The position numbers and the translations under genes are program-made. The notes below the pieces were generated by a model. It saw only the letters and a program-made list of their open reading frames with translations, was not told where the DNA came from and made no database searches. A stretch of 24,000 nt of DNA from Ferruginibacter sp. (GTDB taxonomy: Bacteria; Bacteroidota; Bacteroidia; Chitinophagales; Chitinophagaceae). The DNA is taken from the NCBI GenBank assembly GCA_037719665.1, contig JBBJLU010000024.1, positions 12,770 to 36,769 on the forward strand, read 5' to 3'. Shown one piece after another: positions 16,623 through 24,000 of the stretch; positions within the stretch are counted from its first letter, which is position 1; each line of letters begins with the position of its first letter.

Positions 16623-16730
16623 CTGTAATTTTACAGTGAGTGTTTTATATCCCTTAAAATTAATGGGTCGGCGGGTCCTCGGCAATTTAGTGGGGAATTA
16701 TGACTGACCAACAAGGGCAGAAAAACGTTT
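16623..16730 (+). repeat. Island right-end sequence (copy R) abutting the displaced esterase 3' fragment
   Basis: See copy L. It ends in GGGCAGAAAAACGTTTACC, where homology to the esterase gene (GAAAACGTTTACC at 14477) begins. Confidence 0.6.
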
Positions 16731-16990
16731 ACCTCCGATCCCAAACAATGGAAGGAAGCTTCGCCGTTGTATTTTCTGCATGATTCCATGCCCCCGATGC
16801 TCATTTACCGCGGCGGCAGAACCTACCCTTCCATTGAAGATGGAAATGAGAAGTTTGTCGCGGCAATGAAACCATTCGTACCTACACCCCGATATCAAAT
16901 TTTAGAAGGGAAGAAACACGTACCGATGATATTGCAGTTTTTCAATACTGCTAATCCGCGGTATAAAGAAATAATCGGGTTTATGAAAGA
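16721..16990 (+). repeat. Direct repeat copy B
   Basis: Gap-free alignment to 14478-14747 at roughly 90% identity. Confidence 0.9.
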
Positions 16991-17006
16991 AAAACGCGGG
17001 ACATGA
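16725..17006 (+). pseudogene. Displaced 3' fragment of the esterase gene (probably the original chromosomal end)
   Basis: The in-frame translation is TFTSDPKQWKEASPLYFLHDSMPPMLIYRGGRTYPSIEDGNEKF...MKEKRGT. A stop at 16701-16703 precedes it and no 5' part of the gene is present. Its TGA (17004-17006) directly abuts the stop of the convergent amidohydrolase gene (17007-17009). Confidence 0.8.
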
Positions 17007-18644
17007 TCATTTCTTAAAAACCTTTTCCCCGTTTACCCAAGTTCCTAAAATTTTAGTGCTTAAAATTTCATTGGGGTTACAATGCATCAGATCCTTATCC
17101 AGCATAATAAAATCTGCTGCCTTACCTCTTTCCAGGCTACCTTTTTCTTTTTCTTCAAATGCGGCCTTTGCCGCCCAGATGGTCATACCCCAAATGGCTT
17201 CTTTGCGTGTAAGCGCATTCTCAATTTGGAAGCCCGCAGCCGGAAAGCCTTTCGCATCTTTACGAACCACTGCGGCGTAAAATGTTTTTATGGGTTCAAT
17301 ATATTCCACCGGAAAATCTGTACCTAAAGGCATCCAACCGTTTGTTTGTAATAATTGTTTGTATGCATATGCAGTCTGTATACGTTGCGGGCCCACACGA
17401 TCGGCAGCCCAATACATATCACTCGTAGCATGCGTGGGTTGTACGGAAGGAATAATGCTGTAATCGGTGAAATAATGAAAATCTGCAGGGTCCATTACCT
17501 GAGCATGTTCTATGCGCCACCTTTTATCATTTGTTCCCTTCAAAACATCAGCATAAATTTTTAGGATCGTTCGGGCGCCACTATCGCCAATGGCATGGGT
17601 ACACATTTGCAGGGCAGAACGGGAAAGTTTTTCTGCAGCAGTTCTGAAATGTTGTTCATCACTTCCTAAAAAACCTTTCCACCCCGGCCTATCAGTATAA
17701 TCCTGCAGCAAACTTGCACCCCGTGAACCAAGCGCACCATCCGCATAAAATTTAAAACCGCCTACATGAAAACGTTCTGTTTTCAGGGGGCCGCTGTTTA
17801 TCCATCTTTCATAATAAGTACTGTCATCAGAAAGCAATGCAAAGATCTTCATCTTAAGCCCACCGTTTTTTTGTGCACTTTTTACAAGCTCTACCGTATG
17901 CTCGCTGATGCCGCAATCCTGCACACCGGTGAGTCCCGCAGCAAAGCAATAATCCTGCGCGGCGAGAAAATATTTATGTGCGAGACTGTCATTTAAAAGG
18001 GGTATTTTTTTTTCAGCGAAATGCATGGCATTATCTATGAGGATACCTGTGAGTTTACCGTTCTTTATTTCCACTTCGCCTCCCGGTATTTTTGTGGTGT
18101 CTGTTATCCCCGCCATATCGAGTGCCTTCTGATTCAGGAGTGCGGCATGACCATCTATTCGTTTGAGAAACATTGGCCGATCGGGAAAAAGGCTGTCAAA
18201 GATCTCTTTGTTTGGAAATTCTCTTACCGCCCAATCATTCTGGTCCCATCCCCGCCCATAGATCCAATGCATCGGTGCCGTCTTACTGTAAGCCGTTATT
18301 TTATTGATAACTTCTTCAAAAGAAGTTGTTCCTACGAGATTACTCTTCCACATATCTGTTGCATACCCTGTAAAATGGCAATGCGCATCTATAAAACCGG
18401 GAAAGATCGTATTGCCTTTCGCATCAATATTCTCCGTAGCGGTATACATTTTTTGTATGGAATCATTCGTACCGGTAGCTATTATTTTACCATCCAAAAT
18501 AGCCATAGACTGCGCTTCAGAAAAATGCTCATCTGCTGTATAGATCTTTGCATGGTGAATGATTAGAGAAACCTGTTGCCTGTTATTGCAGGAAGAAAAA
18601 GCAATTAAAAGAAGGATACTGTATACTAAGTTTGAGGATTTCAT
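17007..18644 (-). CDS. Amidohydrolase-3 (YtcJ-like) metal-dependent hydrolase, lipoprotein
   Basis: Signal with lipobox (LLLIAFSSC). FPGFIDAHCHF metal-binding motif. GFKFYADGALGSRGA, THAIGD and SVQPTHATSD segments are typical of the family. Confidence 0.85.
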   Translation of the reverse strand: MKSSNLVYSILLLIAFSSCNNRQQVSLIIHHAKIYTADEHFSEAQSMAILDGKIIATGTNDSIQKMYTATENIDAKGNTIFPGFIDAHCHFTGYATDMWKSNLVGTTSFEEVINKITAYSKTAPMHWIYGRGWDQNDWAVREFPNKEIFDSLFPDRPMFLKRIDGHAALLNQKALDMAGITDTTKIPGGEVEIKNGKLTGILIDNAMHFAEKKIPLLNDSLAHKYFLAAQDYCFAAGLTGVQDCGISEHTVELVKSAQKNGGLKMKIFALLSDDSTYYERWINSGPLKTERFHVGGFKFYADGALGSRGASLLQDYTDRPGWKGFLGSDEQHFRTAAEKLSRSALQMCTHAIGDSGARTILKIYADVLKGTNDKRWRIEHAQVMDPADFHYFTDYSIIPSVQPTHATSDMYWAADRVGPQRIQTAYAYKQLLQTNGWMPLGTDFPVEYIEPIKTFYAAVVRKDAKGFPAAGFQIENALTRKEAIWGMTIWAAKAAFEEKEKGSLERGKAADFIMLDKDLMHCNPNEILSTKILGTWVNGEKVFKK

Positions 18645-18774
18645 ACACCGAAATTAGCTAATGTGCTGATATGCTAATGTGCTAATTTTCAAATATGGTA
18701 ACCCTTCGGCCGAAAACTATATTCTTCGCATAAAAAATTATCCATTATCCATTATTAATTATTAATTTGATTCT

Positions 18775-20883
18775 ATGTTCAATGCACAACAGGTAAGGGC
18801 ACTTCAGCAAAGTTCTCACAAATGGCTTTCATTAGCGGAGGGAGAACTTACAGCAGATAATGCTGAAGAACTGCGCAACATCCTGCGTTTTCATGAACAC
18901 CGTTATTATGTGGAGAATGATCCCCTGATCAGTGATAGCGAGTACGACAACTTATTTAAAAAGCTGGAGCAATTTGAAAACGAAAATCCATTTTTAATAA
19001 CACCCGATTCCCCCACACAGCGGGTAGGAAAGAATCTGGTGAAAAACTTTCCGAAAGTGCAGCATATTGTGCCGATGCTTTCTTTGGATAATTCTTACAA
19101 TGCGGAAGATATGTTGGACTTCGACCGAAAAGTAAAGGAGCTTTCGGGGTTGGATCTCATTGAATATTGTATCGAGCCAAAGTTTGACGGGGCCGGCATT
19201 TCATTGGTCTATGATGATGATCAGTTGGTTCGGGGCATCACGCGCGGCGACGGCGAAACGGGCGATGACATCACTCCTAATATCAAACAGATCCGGTCAA
19301 TGCCCTTACGAGCGGCATTCTCTGATTACGGGATAGACCAGGTGGAGATACGCGGAGAAGTGATGATGAACAAAAATAATTTCGCAAAATACAATGAGGG
19401 CCTGGTAGCGGAAGGCCTGGCGCCGTTGGCAAATCCACGCAATGCCGCAGCAGGTACTCTTCGCATAAAGGACCCGGCAGTAGTAAGCAAAAGAAACCTT
19501 GAAGCCTTCCTATATCATGTCAGCTATTATACTGAAGTAACAACACAAAAAAAAGCCGCGCCCAATTCCCAATTCCCAATTCCTAATTCCCATTCTAAGA
19601 TGCTCCAAATGCTTTGGGACCTCGGTTTCAAAAGCCCTAAAAAGGAAATGATAGTGGTAAAGGGCATTGATGCGGTGATCAAACATGTCAATGAATTTGA
19701 AACAAAGCGTGATACCCTGCCTTACGAAATAGACGGCATGGTGATCAAGGTAAATGATATCGAACTGCAGGAACGTTTGGGGATGACCTCTCATCACCCG
19801 CGATGGGCGATCGCTTTTAAATTCAAGGCGAGGCAGGGTACCAGCAAATTGTTGGGAGTGGAGTACCAGGTAGGGAGAACGGGTGCTGTTACGCCGGTGG
19901 CGAAAATAGCCCCCACCCATGTAGGCGGAACAACCGTTACCAGTATCTCCATACATAACGAAGATTATATCAAAGAAAAAGACCTGCAGATCGGCGATCA
20001 GATCTTAATAGAGCGCAGCGGCGACGTGATTCCGCAGATCGTAAAATCGCTGTCGGAATTACGTGACGGCACGGAAAAAAAGATCATTTTCCCTACGCAT
20101 TGCCCGGTTTGTAATGATGAATTGGTGCGCCCGGAAGGCGAAGCCGTCTGGCGTTGTGTGAATATCAGTTGCGAGGCGCAGGTACTGGAACGGATGATCC
20201 ATTTTGTGAGCAAGGATGCCATGGATATCCGGAGTTTCGGGGAAGCCAACGTGCGGAAGTTTTATACGATGGGGATCCTGAAAGATGTGCCTTCTATTTA
20301 TGACCTCACTGCCGAACAATTAAAAGGGTCAGAAGGATTCGGCGAAAAGTCCGTCACCAATTTATTGGATGCCATCGAAGCATCCAAACAGCAACCCCTG
20401 CACCGGCTGATATATGGGTTGGGCATACGATATGTGGGAGAGACTACAGGCAAAACACTGGCACAGTCCATCCCCGATATTTTTGCATTGGCGGACATGG
20501 ATATTGAACAATTAAAACAAATGGATGATGTAGGCATTAAGGTTGCGGAAAGCATCAAAGAGTTTTTCAGTAATGCAGATAATATTGCTATGCTGCACTG
20601 TTTAGAAACTGCGGGTTTGCAAATGAAGTCAAATAAAAGTTCTGCTACCTCAGGCGAACTTGCGGGACAAACATTTTTATTCACCGGCACGTTAAATAAA
20701 CTGAAAAGGGCGGAAGCGGAAGAGATGGCTGAGGGGAAGGGCGGCAAAATATTAAGCGGAGTAAGTAATAAGCTCAATTACCTTGTGGTGGGAGATGATG
20801 CCGGCAGTAAATTGGAAAAGGCGAAGAAGATAACAACGGTGAAGATCATCAGTGAGGATGAGTTCATTAAATTATTGGAGTGA
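18775..20883 (+). CDS. ligA: NAD-dependent DNA ligase
   Basis: RFHEHRYYVENDPLISDSEYDNLFKKL (domain Ia). CIEPKFDGAG (KxDG). Cys4 zinc finger CPVCNDELVRPEGEAVWRCVNISC. HhH region. C-terminal BRCT (GQTFLFTGTL...). Confidence 0.95.
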   Translation: MFNAQQVRALQQSSHKWLSLAEGELTADNAEELRNILRFHEHRYYVENDPLISDSEYDNLFKKLEQFENENPFLITPDSPTQRVGKNLVKNFPKVQHIVPMLSLDNSYNAEDMLDFDRKVKELSGLDLIEYCIEPKFDGAGISLVYDDDQLVRGITRGDGETGDDITPNIKQIRSMPLRAAFSDYGIDQVEIRGEVMMNKNNFAKYNEGLVAEGLAPLANPRNAAAGTLRIKDPAVVSKRNLEAFLYHVSYYTEVTTQKKAAPNSQFPIPNSHSKMLQMLWDLGFKSPKKEMIVVKGIDAVIKHVNEFETKRDTLPYEIDGMVIKVNDIELQERLGMTSHHPRWAIAFKFKARQGTSKLLGVEYQVGRTGAVTPVAKIAPTHVGGTTVTSISIHNEDYIKEKDLQIGDQILIERSGDVIPQIVKSLSELRDGTEKKIIFPTHCPVCNDELVRPEGEAVWRCVNISCEAQVLERMIHFVSKDAMDIRSFGEANVRKFYTMGILKDVPSIYDLTAEQLKGSEGFGEKSVTNLLDAIEASKQQPLHRLIYGLGIRYVGETTGKTLAQSIPDIFALADMDIEQLKQMDDVGIKVAESIKEFFSNADNIAMLHCLETAGLQMKSNKSSATSGELAGQTFLFTGTLNKLKRAEAEEMAEGKGGKILSGVSNKLNYLVVGDDAGSKLEKAKKITTVKIISEDEFIKLLE
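19562..19595 (+). repeat. Heptanucleotide tandem repeat (CCAATTC x3 perfect, then CTAATTC and CCATTC) inside the ligA coding sequence
   Basis: Read directly: CCAATTC at 19562, 19569 and 19576, then two degenerate units. It encodes PNSQFPIPNSH in a loop-like segment between conserved blocks. Confidence 0.85.
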
Positions 20884-20997
20884 AATATTTATTACACGAA
20901 TTAGGCGAATTACACGAATTAAGGCGTATCTGCGAAAATCAGCGCGGATTCAATCTGCGAAGATCTGCGGGAAATGATCTGCGGTAAATAAAAAATA

Positions 20998-21666
20998 ATG
21001 ATAGAACAAAGCACCCTAAAATTTTTAAGTGACCTTAAAAAGAACAACACAAAAGAATGGTTTGACACCAACCGGAAAAAGTACGAATCCGCAAAGGAAG
21101 ATGTCAATAAAGCCATTGAGCGATTAATAAAAGCCATCGGCGCATACGATGAGCATATCGCAACTTTGCAGGCAAAAGAATGTACGTTCCGAATCAACAG
21201 AGATATTCGTTTTGCGAAAGATAAAACGCCGTACAAAACAAATATCGCCGGGTACTTTTCCAAAGGGGGAAAGAAAAGCGATGCAGCCGGTTATTACCTG
21301 CATATTGAACCCGGTAAGGCATTCGCTGCCGCGGGTTGTTGGTGGCCGGAAGCGAAGCAGCTTGCATCCATTCGGCAGGAGATCGATTATAATTTCGATG
21401 AGTGGAAGAAAATAATCTTTTCTGCAAAATTTAAAGCGGTATTTGCTGAAGGAGTATCTCAAAAAGACAGCTTGCAGCGTGCGCCCAAAGGATACGAAGA
21501 ATCGAACCCTGCAATAGCATTTATTAAATTGAAAAGCTTCGTCGTGTACCGGCAGCTTAGTGATGCAGAACTGACCGATAAAAACTTCGTAAAAAATATT
21601 GCGTCGATCTTTAAAGCTTCAAAGCCGATGGTGGATTTTTTGAACAGGGCGGAAACTGATCATTAG
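20998..21666 (+). CDS. DUF2461 (TIGR02453) family protein
   Basis: LKFLSDLKKNNTKEWFDTNRKKYE...FRINRDIRFAKDKTPYKTN...AGYYLHIEPG match the family signature. Confidence 0.8.
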   Translation: MIEQSTLKFLSDLKKNNTKEWFDTNRKKYESAKEDVNKAIERLIKAIGAYDEHIATLQAKECTFRINRDIRFAKDKTPYKTNIAGYFSKGGKKSDAAGYYLHIEPGKAFAAAGCWWPEAKQLASIRQEIDYNFDEWKKIIFSAKFKAVFAEGVSQKDSLQRAPKGYEESNPAIAFIKLKSFVVYRQLSDAELTDKNFVKNIASIFKASKPMVDFLNRAETDH

Positions 21667-21714
21667 AGAGAAAGGATCCTATAAATAACGCATTTCCTTA
21701 GGTAGCCCACTTCA

Positions 21715-24000
21715 TTACACTGTAAATAACTCTATTTTTACTTCATGATCTTTTCCGTCATCTACCAAAGGTATAGTTTCATTTTCCACGGTCATTCCAT
21801 CAACAGATAGTTTCATCTTTTTTTCAATTTCAGATTTTGACTGACTGAATTGAATATGGTAAATACTATTCCCGAAGCGATAACTGACCTCAAATTTTTC
21901 CCATTCTTCCGGGATACAGGGGGAGAAATTAAGCGTATTACCTTCTCTCTTTAACCCAATAAAAGAATTGATAATGAGCTGATACATCCAGCCTGCAGAA
22001 CCGGTATACCATGTCCATCCGCCGCGCCCTTTATGTTTTTCTTCAGCATATACATCAGCAGCAATTACATAGGGTTCCGTTTTGTACACGGCAATTTTAT
22101 TTTCCGTGTTACCCCGATTTATAGGGTTGATCATTTGTAACAGATCCCATGTTCTTTTCCTGTTGCCCTGTTCGGCAAAAGCCATTACCAGCCAGATAGC
22201 GGCATGCGTATATTGCCCGCCGTTTTCTCTTACGCCGGGCACATATCCTTTTATATACCCGGGGTTCAGATCTGATTTATTGAAAGGCGGATTGAATAAC
22301 TGTATAAGCCCTTCCTCTTTACGCACCAAGTGTTTATCTGCCGATTGCATTGCTGTACCAATACGTTCCGCATCTCCTGCTTTTGATAACACCGACCAGC
22401 TTTGGGCAATGGAATCAATTTTACATTCTTCATTTTCATGTGAGCCAAGCGGTGTGCCGTTATCAAAATAAGCCCGGCGGTACCATTCACCATCCCATGC
22501 CTCTTTATTAATATTGAGGCGTAATTTTTCAGCCTCTTCTTTACATTTTATTGAAAAGGCTTCATCATTTTTCAGCATAGCTATTTCTGCAAACCGCATC
22601 AAAACATCGTAAAGGAAAAACGCAAGCCACACACTTTCCCCTTTTCCTTCATTCCCTACCTTATCCATGCCGTCATTCCAATCTCCTGAACCGATAAAAG
22701 GCAAACCATGCACACCAAACTTTAATGCATGTTCAATTGATTTTACACAATGTTCATATAAACCTGCTGACAAAATTGACTTAACCGGGAGATCATAATA
22801 AGAATCCTCGCCAACGTTTAATAACCTTCCTTCCAGGAAAAATACCTGTTCATCTAATATCTCTTTATCTTCCGTAGTTGTTACATAAGCTGATGTTACA
22901 AAAGGGAGCCATAAATAATCATCTGAACAGGTAGTACGTACACCTCTGCCTGTAGGGGGATGCCACCAATGCTGTACATCTCCTTCTTTAAACTGCCGGG
23001 ATGCACACAAGAGGATCTGTGATTTAACAAGTGCAGGTTTTGAATGCATTAACGACAGCACATCCTGCAACTGGTCCCTGAACCCGAAGGCACCTCCCGA
23101 TTGATAAAATCCGCTTCTTGCCCAAATACGGCTTGCAAGCGTTTGATAATTTAACCAGCCGTTTGCAAGCATATTTAATGCAGCATCAGGGGTTTTTATT
23201 TGTACGGCTCCTAATGCCTTTTGCCAATACTGATGGACCTTACCCAAAGCTTGCTGAGCTGCTTCCGACCCGGCACCTGCCTGTATAATATCCAATGCAT
23301 GCTGCATGTTTTTACCCGCACCCAACCGGAAAATTATTTCATATTCTTCTTCTTCACCCAAATTAATAACAACCTGGATCACGCCGCATGGATCGAGTAC
23401 AGCACCCGTTTTGCCGGATAACCTTACCCTGTTTAAACCATCGGGGTTATTCATTGTGCCGTTGCGACCAATAAATTCAGTCCTGTCGGTCGTTATTGCC
23501 TTATTAGTTCCGTCAGCATCAAAAAAAGCTACCCGGTTTACAAATTCTGAACTGTATGAATTTCTTGCAAGTATAGCACCGCTTCCTTCATCCAATTCCG
23601 TTATAATTTGCATCAGGTTTTTTGCCCGGTGATCACCTAAAACCCATTCCACATAACCGGTAGCAGTAATGCGACGTTGCCTGCCGGATTGGTTACGCAA
23701 TTTTAGTAAAATATATTTAACGGGATGTTCTATGTCAGCAAAGACTGTCATCTCCGAATAGATACCGTCTTCACTGTGCTCAAAAACACTGTAACCGAAA
23801 CCATGACGGGTAATATAGGGTGAACGGCCTCTGCAGGGAAGGGGGGCCGGGGACCAGAACCTGCCGCTTTCTTCATCCTTTAAATAAAATGCTTCACCCT
23901 TAAGATCTGTAACAGGGTCATTGTTCCAGGGGGTTAATCTAAATTCGTGTGCATTTTCAAGCCATGTGTACGACTGCCCGCTTTCTGAAATTATAGTTCC
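21715..24000 (-). CDS. GH94-type glycan phosphorylase or cyclic beta-1,2-glucan synthase-like protein, C-terminal part (5' end beyond the window)
   Basis: GGAFGFRDQLQD, GSGDWNDGMD, GGQYTHAAIW and GGWTWYTGSAGW are typical GH94 catalytic-domain blocks. The frame stays open from 23751 to nt 24000 (GTIISESGQSYTWLENAHEFRLTPWNNDPV...), so the M at 23751 is internal. Confidence 0.8.
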   Translation of the reverse strand, partial: GTIISESGQSYTWLENAHEFRLTPWNNDPVTDLKGEAFYLKDEESGRFWSPAPLPCRGRSPYITRHGFGYSVFEHSEDGIYSEMTVFADIEHPVKYILLKLRNQSGRQRRITATGYVEWVLGDHRAKNLMQIITELDEGSGAILARNSYSSEFVNRVAFFDADGTNKAITTDRTEFIGRNGTMNNPDGLNRVRLSGKTGAVLDPCGVIQVVINLGEEEEYEIIFRLGAGKNMQHALDIIQAGAGSEAAQQALGKVHQYWQKALGAVQIKTPDAALNMLANGWLNYQTLASRIWARSGFYQSGGAFGFRDQLQDVLSLMHSKPALVKSQILLCASRQFKEGDVQHWWHPPTGRGVRTTCSDDYLWLPFVTSAYVTTTEDKEILDEQVFFLEGRLLNVGEDSYYDLPVKSILSAGLYEHCVKSIEHALKFGVHGLPFIGSGDWNDGMDKVGNEGKGESVWLAFFLYDVLMRFAEIAMLKNDEAFSIKCKEEAEKLRLNINKEAWDGEWYRRAYFDNGTPLGSHENEECKIDSIAQSWSVLSKAGDAERIGTAMQSADKHLVRKEEGLIQLFNPPFNKSDLNPGYIKGYVPGVRENGGQYTHAAIWLVMAFAEQGNRKRTWDLLQMINPINRGNTENKIAVYKTEPYVIAADVYAEEKHKGRGGWTWYTGSAGWMYQLIINSFIGLKREGNTLNFSPCIPEEWEKFEVSYRFGNSIYHIQFSQSKSEIEKKMKLSVDGMTVENETIPLVDDGKDHEVKIELFTV

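Larger units (their letters stand above)
14478..16720. mobile_element. Putative non-autonomous or decayed integrated island (~2.2 kb) carrying a Fic gene, inserted in the esterase 3' end
   Basis: Bracketed by the 270-bp direct repeats. The interior is strongly AT-rich: two 60-nt lines inside the Fic gene hand-count to 18/60 G+C, against 32/60 for one flanking esterase line that I counted. No integrase or transposase ORF lies between the repeats. Confidence 0.45.

Noticed and set aside
14775-16720. A tRNA, tmRNA or recombinase gene marking the island boundary
   Set aside because: I found no cloverleaf-compatible sequence. GGGTCGGCGGGTC is not followed by a T-loop or acceptor pattern. No ORF with integrase or transposase motifs is present. 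The integration target appears to be the protein-coding 3' end itself.
16767-17006. The 79-aa ORF as an independent small gene
   Set aside because: It is the C-terminal ~90 codons of an esterase homologue, with homology extending upstream of its TTG start to 16721 and no 5' portion. It is a displaced gene fragment.
18732-18767. TTATCCATTA repeats as DnaA boxes marking oriC (7 of 9 match to TTATCCACA), here and at 5789-5813
   Set aside because: There are only two copies per locus and the last two positions deviate from the consensus. No dnaA or dnaN is adjacent and no strand-composition switch is evident in the window. That is insufficient for an origin call.
1038-20883. LigD and LigA in the same window as a linked ligase system
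   Set aside because: They are about 15 kb apart and separated by ribosomal and unrelated genes. They have distinct, well-established roles (NHEJ repair versus replication), so this is coincidental co-occurrence.
20919-21263. The 114-aa minus-strand ORF overlapping the DUF2461 start and the word-repeat spacer
   Set aside because: It is antisense to a well-supported DUF2461 coding region, has no recognisable motif, and partly translates the ATCTGCG repeats.

Overview
This window looks like a Bacteroidota chromosome, probably of the Chitinophagaceae or Sphingobacteriia type. That assignment is an inference from the contiguous rplM-rpsI-rpsB-tsf order, the many lipoprotein-type signal peptides (hydrophobic stretch then Cys), and the AT-rich leaders without clear Shine-Dalgarno sequences.

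Most of the window is core genome:
- a 5'-truncated DUF72 gene
- a three-domain ATP-dependent ligase LigD (phosphoesterase, ligase, polymerase)
- a DUF892 ferritin-like protein with a Lys/Ala/Pro tail
- a Pro/Thr-rich secreted protein
- tsf, rpsB, rpsI and rplM on the minus strand
- a small acidic ORF
- a disrupted beta-propeller lipoprotein gene
- a DUF418 membrane protein and an EthD-like protein
- two alpha/beta hydrolases
- a YtcJ-like amidohydrolase
- the NAD-dependent ligase LigA
- a DUF2461 protein
- the 3' two-thirds of a GH94 glycan phosphorylase or glucan synthase-like gene that runs off the right edge

The one clearly accessory segment is about 14.5-17.0 kb. It is a strongly AT-rich insertion of about 2.2 kb carrying a Fic (HPFxDGNGRxxR) gene. 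It sits in the 3' end of an esterase gene and is bracketed by 270-bp direct repeats of that 3' end. The repeats are about 90% identical and the differences are mostly synonymous. The segment has a second internal copy of its right-end sequence and a bulged 119-bp inverted repeat, but no recombinase. I read it as a non-autonomous or decayed integrative element, possibly two accreted in tandem.

Other points worth a second look:
- a 25-aa tandem Lys/Glu/Gly repeat linker inside LigD
- the histone-like tail on the DUF892 neighbour of ligD, with no Ku gene in the window
- a degenerate tandem repeat of about 130 bp, each unit ending in a hairpin, between two convergent genes
- short repeated AT-rich words shared between distant intergenic regions
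- a 48-bp perfect palindrome
- a heptanucleotide repeat inside ligA
- a Gly/Pro/Arg-rich tail on S2

No rRNA, tRNA or CRISPR array was recognised. Nothing here was searched against a database. All family names come from motif recognition by eye.
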